Shown: in pieces, positions 27,088 to 32,000 of the stretch
Layout of the letters: every line of letters starts with the position of its first letter
How positions within the stretch are numbered: position 1 is the first letter of the stretch
Assembly (NCBI RefSeq): GCF_014280175.1
Contig: NZ_CP047931.1
Location: forward strand, 1,020,001-1,052,000
Reading direction: 5' to 3'
DNA length: 32,000 nucleotides
Source of the DNA: Synechococcus sp. A15-28
GTDB lineage: Bacteria > Cyanobacteriota > Cyanobacteriia > PCC-6307 > Cyanobiaceae
The notes under the pieces: model-generated
Databases searched by the model: none
What the model saw: only the letters and a program-made list of their open reading frames with translations
What the model was told of the DNA's origin: nothing
Program-made: the position numbers and the translations under genes

Positions 27088-27808
27088 GCTGCGGCGGCTG
27101 CTGATGGCCCCGCAACGGCTGGCGGCTGTTGAGGCGAACCACCCGGCCATTCCACTGGAGGCGTCCGAACAGCACTACCTGCGTCGTGTTCTGCGTTGCC
27201 GAGTGGGAGACAGCATCGCCGTGGTCGATGGCTGCGGGTCGCTCTGGCAGGCCCAGTTGATCAGCGCCGATGCTTTGCAGCTTTCCGGTCCTTCTAAACA
27301 AGTCGAACCTGCCCCGTCGCCGCGGCTGGGCCTGGGGCTGGCCCTGATTCGTCGCGGCTTTGAGGACGCGCTGCGTATGGCCTGTGAACTGGGGGTGGAT
27401 GAGATTCAACCGCTTCAAGCCGACCGCTGCACCCCCCAGGCGGAGCGCCGGCCCGAGCGCTGGTCCACGATTCTCCAGGAGGCGGTGGAGCAGTGTGAAC
27501 GCCTCTGGGCACCAGCTCTGAAACCCGTCTGCAGCCTTGATCAGTGGTCCGGTGGCCAGCACCCCGTGGCCGTGGGTGTCACCCGTCGCTCCGATACCCC
27601 AGCCTTGAGCGACTGGCTCAAAGGGACCCCTGGCTCGGACGGCATGGTCTGGTTGCTGGTGGGTCCTGAGGGCGGCTGGAGCGATGCTGAGGATCAGCTG
27701 ATCTGCTCCAGGAGGTGGCAGCCGGTGCACCTGGGACACACAATTCTGCGTAGCTCAACGGCCGCCGTGCGGGGCAGCGTTGAGCTGCTGCGGTGGCGGG
27801 ATGGATGA
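27080..27808 (+). CDS. rsmE: 16S rRNA (uracil1498-N3)-methyltransferase, RsmE family
   Basis: This is the frame of track ORF 27026-27808. The start is either GTG 27080 (AELRRLLMAPQRL) or ATG 27104. It has HYLRRVLRCRVGD and the C-terminal VGPEGGWSDAE...LGHTILRSSTAA SPOUT-knot motif. Confidence 0.85.
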   Translation: MAELRRLLMAPQRLAAVEANHPAIPLEASEQHYLRRVLRCRVGDSIAVVDGCGSLWQAQLISADALQLSGPSKQVEPAPSPRLGLGLALIRRGFEDALRMACELGVDEIQPLQADRCTPQAERRPERWSTILQEAVEQCERLWAPALKPVCSLDQWSGGQHPVAVGVTRRSDTPALSDWLKGTPGSDGMVWLLVGPEGGWSDAEDQLICSRRWQPVHLGHTILRSSTAAVRGSVELLRWRDG

Positions 27809-27820
27809 ATTTGATGCCGA

Positions 27821-28258
27821 TCAGCTCTTGAACAGGTCGCCGGCGATGGTCATGAAGCCCTTCATGCCGGCGCCGGGACGGCGCTTGCCAGCCCGCAGGC
27901 CTGCACCCGGCATCAGGTTGGACGGGGCATAGGTGCTCATCGTCACGGCGGGCCGAGCGGCCTGGCTTGCGGCGAGTTCAGCGGCGATGGCCTCGGCGGT
28001 GGTTTGAACCGCTGCTGTGTCGTTGGCTGTACCGCTAGCGACGGGCTGCTCTGCAGGGATCGACGTTGGGGCGGTGGTCACCACCACCTCGGCCTGAGGT
28101 TCCTCCTGCGGCGTGGAGCTCTCTTCGACAGCGACCGTTTCAGGCAGGTCCAGGCGGACCGGCTCGGCGCTCTCATCGAGCGTCAGAAAGAAGCTCTTGT
28201 TCTGGTTGAACAGCATGCCGAGGGTTCCACTGACAACAGCGATGATTCTCCGATGCAA
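27821..28258 (-). CDS. low-complexity acidic/Pro-Thr-Ala-rich protein with a basic C-terminus (131-145 aa), unknown function
   Basis: An alternative start is ATG 28216 (MLFNQNKSFFLTLDES). The middle is of a disordered type and the C-terminus reads GKRRPGAGMKGFMTIAGDLFKS. The N-terminus of the antisense track ORF 28004-29023 is an artefact. Confidence 0.5.
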   Translation of the reverse strand: MHRRIIAVVSGTLGMLFNQNKSFFLTLDESAEPVRLDLPETVAVEESSTPQEEPQAEVVVTTAPTSIPAEQPVASGTANDTAAVQTTAEAIAAELAASQAARPAVTMSTYAPSNLMPGAGLRAGKRRPGAGMKGFMTIAGDLFKS

Positions 28259-28303
28259 GGCCCTGTTCGCGGGCTTTGCTTACGGCACTGCAACACGGCA
28301 TCA

Positions 28304-29023
28304 ATGATCTGGATTCACGCTCTGCTGCTCAACACCGTCCTGATCGCAGGGGCCCAGCGAGCGCCGCTGCTCACCCCCGTCGGTTGGGTCCATGCCGGAG
28401 CGCTGGGAACGATCCTCTGGGGTTGTCTCGGCTGGCGGGGATGGGTGGCCGTGGTGGCGTATCTGGTGCTGGGCAGCCTGGTGACCAGGCTCGGCCTGCG
28501 TCAGAAGGAAGCGCTCGGACTCGCTGAAGCCAGGGGGGGACGCCGTGGCCCGGAAAACGTCTGGGGATCAGCCGCCACCGGGGCATGTCTGGCCCTTCTG
28601 ATCGGTGCAGGTGTGGAACCCCAACCTCTGTTGTTGGTTGGTTTTGCGGCCAGTTTCGCCGCCAAGCTCGCCGATACCTTCGGGAGCGAGATCGGCAAGC
28701 GCTGGGGCCGCAGGGCGGTGCTGATCACGACCCTGCGGCCTGTGCCCCCTGGCACCGAAGGAGCCATCAGCCTGGCGGGGACCCTCGCCAGTGCCGCCGG
28801 CAGCGTGGTGATGACCCTGGTGATGTGGCAACTGCAGCTGCTGCCGTCGTTCAGCATCAGCCTGGTGGTGATGCTGATCGGTCTGGTGGCGACCCTGGCG
28901 GAGAGTCTGCTGGGTGCTGTCGCTCAGGATCGAATCAGTTGGCTGAGCAATGAGTTGGTCAATGCCCTGCAGACGCTGCTGGCCGCCCTCATGGCGATGC
29001 TGTTGATGGTCGGCAGGATCTGA
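28304..29023 (+). CDS. DUF92/TMEM19-family integral membrane protein (VTE6 phytyl-phosphate-kinase-like)
   Basis: This is the internal ATG at 28304 of track ORF 28004-29023 (MIWIHALLLNTVLIAG...). It is polytopic and carries the RGGRRGPENVWGSA and FAAKLADTFGSEIGK motifs typical of DUF92. Confidence 0.75.
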   Translation: MIWIHALLLNTVLIAGAQRAPLLTPVGWVHAGALGTILWGCLGWRGWVAVVAYLVLGSLVTRLGLRQKEALGLAEARGGRRGPENVWGSAATGACLALLIGAGVEPQPLLLVGFAASFAAKLADTFGSEIGKRWGRRAVLITTLRPVPPGTEGAISLAGTLASAAGSVVMTLVMWQLQLLPSFSISLVVMLIGLVATLAESLLGAVAQDRISWLSNELVNALQTLLAALMAMLLMVGRI

Positions 29024-29735
29024 ACGGCAGCAGACCGTCCTGCTCTGCCAACCGCTGAAGGAGCTTGATCGCGTTTCGGATGGACTTGCGCAGCTGATGT
29101 TGCGGCACGCCGGTGGCCGACGCGATTGTTCGCACATTGTCCCCTTTGATGAAGTGGCGGTGCAGCAACTGCCGTTGCTGTGGCTTCAGCAGTTGCAGAG
29201 CGCCGTCCAACCAGCGTTGTTCCTGATCGTCATGGTCCGGGCCTGCTCCCTGCTCGTGGATCGCGCTTATGGGCACCATCCGTTGCGCCTGCTGGCTGCT
29301 GCAGGCCTTCCGCCAGCGCTGAGCCGTGATCTGGAGAGCGGCGGCCAGTTCCATGTCCGAGAGGGGCGGCCGACCAGCCTGGATCTGGACTTGCTGCAGC
29401 TTCTGGCCTTTGACGTAGGTGTCGCGCAGCCGCCAGGGGACGCGAATCGTGCTGGCCCGATCCCGGCGGAAATGGAGCACCTGACCGTTGGCAGCGCTGC
29501 TCACAAATGTTGATGGCTTATGACCGCGCTGAGGTTCAAATCGCTCCCATCCGCGGATCAGACCCACACGGGCCTCCTGTTCCAGGTCGTCCCGCTCTTC
29601 TGGTCCCCGCTGGATCTGGCGAGAGGCGATCATCCCGGCGATGCCGAGATAATTCAGAACGTTGATGTTGCGTCGCTGGAGCTCAGGGGGAAGATTCCGC
29701 CGCTGCTCGCGTCGCTGCCATCCGGAAGTGTTCAT
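28989..29735 (-). CDS. RNA polymerase sigma-70-family factor (alternative, group 3-like)
   Basis: 248 aa. Region 2 is DLEQEARVGLIRGWERFEPQRGHKPSTFVSS. The region 4 helix-turn-helix is VRTIASATGVPQHQLRKSIRNAIKLL. Confidence 0.85.
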   Translation of the reverse strand: MNTSGWQRREQRRNLPPELQRRNINVLNYLGIAGMIASRQIQRGPEERDDLEQEARVGLIRGWERFEPQRGHKPSTFVSSAANGQVLHFRRDRASTIRVPWRLRDTYVKGQKLQQVQIQAGRPPLSDMELAAALQITAQRWRKACSSQQAQRMVPISAIHEQGAGPDHDDQEQRWLDGALQLLKPQQRQLLHRHFIKGDNVRTIASATGVPQHQLRKSIRNAIKLLQRLAEQDGLLPFRSCRPSTASP

Positions 29736-29852
29736 GGTGCTGAAGCAACTGTCTTCAGCGTTTGTGATTCCGGCCTGTCCGACCGCCCACCTTGGTGCCC
29801 GATCTCTGCACCAAGGTGCCGGATAGGGTCTCGCTACTCAGCAGCTCTGTGA

Positions 29853-30017
29853 ATGGATTGGCAACCGGAGGCCCTCGCCGCTCTGAAAAAGGATGTGCCC
29901 TTCTTCGTTCGACCTGCCGTGCGTCGGCGGGTTGAGTCGATGGCCAATGAGGCGGGACGCAGCAGCATTGACCTCAGCTTTTATGCGGAGGCGAAAGCGA
30001 GCATGGCGCCCAGTTGA
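29853..30017 (+). CDS. 54-aa protein resembling the C-terminal domain of DPOR subunit ChlB/BchB (PCP_red-like)
   Basis: It is not in the ORF track because it is shorter than 60 aa. The ATG at 29853 reads MDWQPEALAALKKDVPFFVRPAVRRRVESMANEAGRSSIDLSFYAEAKASMAPS, ending at the TGA at 30015-30017. The W..eA...L..vPFFVR...RR..E motif matches the ChlB C-terminus. Confidence 0.7.
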   Translation: MDWQPEALAALKKDVPFFVRPAVRRRVESMANEAGRSSIDLSFYAEAKASMAPS

Positions 30018-30020
30018 GGC

Positions 30021-30203
30021 TCAGGGGGTATCCAGGTCGCAACGATTCAATTCCGGCTGGGTGAGGCGATCGATGATGCGGGCCATGTCGATCGAGGTGA
30101 GTTCGCCGTTGTCGTCCCACTTGAGCGTGGTCTTCCGCTGAGCGGGAGGCTGTTGCGTCGTGGACTGTCCAGCTGTTTGCTCGAAGGAACGATCGGCCAC
30201 CAC
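30021..30203 (-). CDS. small hypothetical protein (60 aa)
   Basis: This ORF is convergent with the ChlB-like ORF, with a 3-nt gap. The sequence is ...TLKWDDNGELTSIDMARIIDRLTQPELN. I cannot assign a family. Confidence 0.4.
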   Translation of the reverse strand: MVADRSFEQTAGQSTTQQPPAQRKTTLKWDDNGELTSIDMARIIDRLTQPELNRCDLDTP

Positions 30204-30250
30204 ATCCGAAGGTCAGGGTTCGGAGATATTAGTGGCCAAGTTGGCCGCCA

Positions 30251-30922
30251 TTACCCACGAAGCGGCGTTGTTGTGGTAAGTGGCAACAATCCTGCCCAGG
30301 TCTGCAGGGCGCTCCAGGTGCTGATGCGCTGCTGGATGAAGTGGTGCCCCTCGCCGTTGAGATGCAGGCCATCGGGTTCCATCCAGCTCAGCCAGTCGGG
30401 TTCTTCTCGCATGGACCGATGCAGTGGGAGGAACGGGATGCCGGCATCGCGACAGGTTTCAGCCAGCATCGCTTCGTGGGCCTCCACGTCCAGATTGCTG
30501 TACCAGAGGCAGTCGGCAAAGGGCATGACGTGCTCATCCACGGGTGTGAGGCCAATCACCAGGACCTGGGTCAGCGGTTTCATTTCACTGAGCAGCTGTC
30601 CCATGCCGAATCCATAGGCCTCGGTGGTCAGTTGCTGGCGGCCATCCGGCCGGCCCACCCGTGCCGTGTCGTTCAATCCGACTGCCAGCAGCACACCGTC
30701 CGGTGTCTGCCGCCGCAGCTCGCCGCGACATTGCCACTCCCCCCGCCAGCGGGCGGCCACCCGTTCCAATCCATCGCCGCGGATGCCCAGGGGATAGATC
30801 ACCGGGGCCGCCGGCAACTGCATCCACTCCAAGCGCAGGCGTTCGCACCAGCCCCCGGCCTCACGATCTCCCCAGCCATACACGCCGCTGTCGCCGATCA
30901 CCAGCAGCTGTTTGGGTTTCAT
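30251..30922 (-). CDS. SGNH/GDSL-family hydrolase
   Basis: Block I is LVIGDSGVYGWGD, block III is AVGLNDT, and block V is DGLHLN. Its start overlaps the upstream permease stop (ATGA). Confidence 0.85.
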   Translation of the reverse strand: MKPKQLLVIGDSGVYGWGDREAGGWCERLRLEWMQLPAAPVIYPLGIRGDGLERVAARWRGEWQCRGELRRQTPDGVLLAVGLNDTARVGRPDGRQQLTTEAYGFGMGQLLSEMKPLTQVLVIGLTPVDEHVMPFADCLWYSNLDVEAHEAMLAETCRDAGIPFLPLHRSMREEPDWLSWMEPDGLHLNGEGHHFIQQRISTWSALQTWAGLLPLTTTTPLRG

Positions 30923-32000
30923 GCCCTCTCCTGAAGCTGTTCAGAGGCCAGCTCCCCGAGGAGCGTCAGAACGGCGTACACCAGGATCAACCATCCCACC
31001 TGCGGCCAGTGAAAGGAGGACAGGGCCTCCATCAGCTGCCAGCCCAGACCGGCACCACCCACCAGACCGACCACCGCTGTATCCCGAAGAATCACATCAC
31101 TGCGGTAGGCGGCGTAGGCGAGATAGCGCCGGCTCGCTGGCGTGAGCACCCCGAACAGCCAGGCGGAGCGCCGTGGCGCGCCGAGGGCAACCATGGCCTG
31201 CTGGTGGCGGCCATCCACCCGCTCGAGTCCGTCCTCGAGCACCAGTCCCATCACGCCGCTGTGATGCAGCCCCAAAGCGAGCGCCGCCACAGCAAGGGTC
31301 GGCTTGCTGGCCAGCATCAACAACAGCGCCGTCAACGGTGGAGGCAACAATCGCATCAGCAGCCAACCAGCCTTCAGCATCCGTCCAGCACCATCATCGG
31401 GGGCGATCAACCGCAGCAACGGCGGCAGGCCGATGGCCACCCCGGAGGCGAGCACTGTGATCAGGAGCGTTCCGCCGACCAGCTCCAGCCACGGCGTCTC
31501 GACCCATGCCTGCGTGAGACCGTCTCGCAACTGAGCCCATGGAGGCCATGGGGCCCCCTGGATCCATCGGGGCAGAGAGAGGTCGTGGTTCAGTCTGTGG
31601 CTCCAGAGGAGAGTGACCAGCGGCAGCGCCAGGGTCAGCAGCAACAGGCCATGACGGGCGGAGAGCCGTCGGATCACCAGATTCATCAACGCCAGCAGCA
31701 GGGCCATCAACCACAAGCCGCTCCACAGTTCACGAAAGCGCAGGGACTGCAGGCTCAGCATCAGCTCGGTCCCCAACCCCCCCAGGCCGAAAATCCCGAG
31801 CAGCAGGGCAGATCGCAGGGCGCAGTCGAGACGGTGGCCGATGTGATCGCGCAGTGCAGCGGCCACGGGGGGCATGAGGCTGGTGAACAGATTGATCACC
31901 GCGGGGACGCCAGCGCATCGCAGGGCGATGAGCGCGGGCAGTTCCTGCTGGTCCAGCTGATCTGCCAAAACGCGGGCCAGCACAGCCGAGTAGGGCAGAA
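30919..32000 (-). CDS. ABC transporter permease, PhnE-like (5' end probably outside the window)
   Basis: It is polytopic. The EAA-like loop is ALGAPRRSAWLFGVLTPASRRYLAYAAYRSDVILRDTAVVGLVG. The track start at 31983 is a GTG, and the frame stays open to the window edge. Confidence 0.75.
   Translation of the reverse strand, partial: LPYSAVLARVLADQLDQQELPALIALRCAGVPAVINLFTSLMPPVAAALRDHIGHRLDCALRSALLLGIFGLGGLGTELMLSLQSLRFRELWSGLWLMALLLALMNLVIRRLSARHGLLLLTLALPLVTLLWSHRLNHDLSLPRWIQGAPWPPWAQLRDGLTQAWVETPWLELVGGTLLITVLASGVAIGLPPLLRLIAPDDGAGRMLKAGWLLMRLLPPPLTALLLMLASKPTLAVAALALGLHHSGVMGLVLEDGLERVDGRHQQAMVALGAPRRSAWLFGVLTPASRRYLAYAAYRSDVILRDTAVVGLVGGAGLGWQLMEALSSFHWPQVGWLILVYAVLTLLGELASEQLQERA

Overview
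The window looks like core chromosome of a marine picocyanobacterium of the Synechococcus subcluster 5.1 type. That lineage call is an inference from about 60-65% G+C and from gene content and order. It is densely packed with about 40 recognisable genes. The left end holds a carbon-metabolism run (rpe, glpX, hemA, glgC, gnd, pgl). Further right come ilvD, class II ribonucleotide reductase nrdJ, prfC, hslO, rsmE, a sigma factor and assorted transporters and oxidoreductases. I found no CRISPR array, IS element, transposase, integrase or rRNA.

The one clearly non-core stretch is about 16.3-18.9 kb. It has two parts:
- A tightly coupled ribbon-helix-helix (RHH) gene plus a 139-aa partner of unrecognisable family. 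The ORF track hides both inside over-extended ORFs.
- A roughly 1.5-kb low-GC islet (about 45-48% by hand count) abutting the 3' end of a tRNA-Ser(UGA). It carries orphan genes: a secreted 10-cysteine protein, a small soluble protein and a 59-aa one-helix membrane peptide. It also carries a perfect 17-bp-stem palindrome.

Secondary points of interest:
- A translationally coupled beta-propeller / POR-like SDR / DMT-transporter operon, divergent from a LOG-SDR pair.
- A uracil-phosphoribosyltransferase homologue with a degenerate PRPP loop.
- Several convergent gene pairs that overlap or abut with no room for terminators.
- A 54-aa ChlB-C-terminus-like ORF that falls below the ORF-track size cutoff.

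All product calls are recognition of motifs and families by eye. No database search was run.
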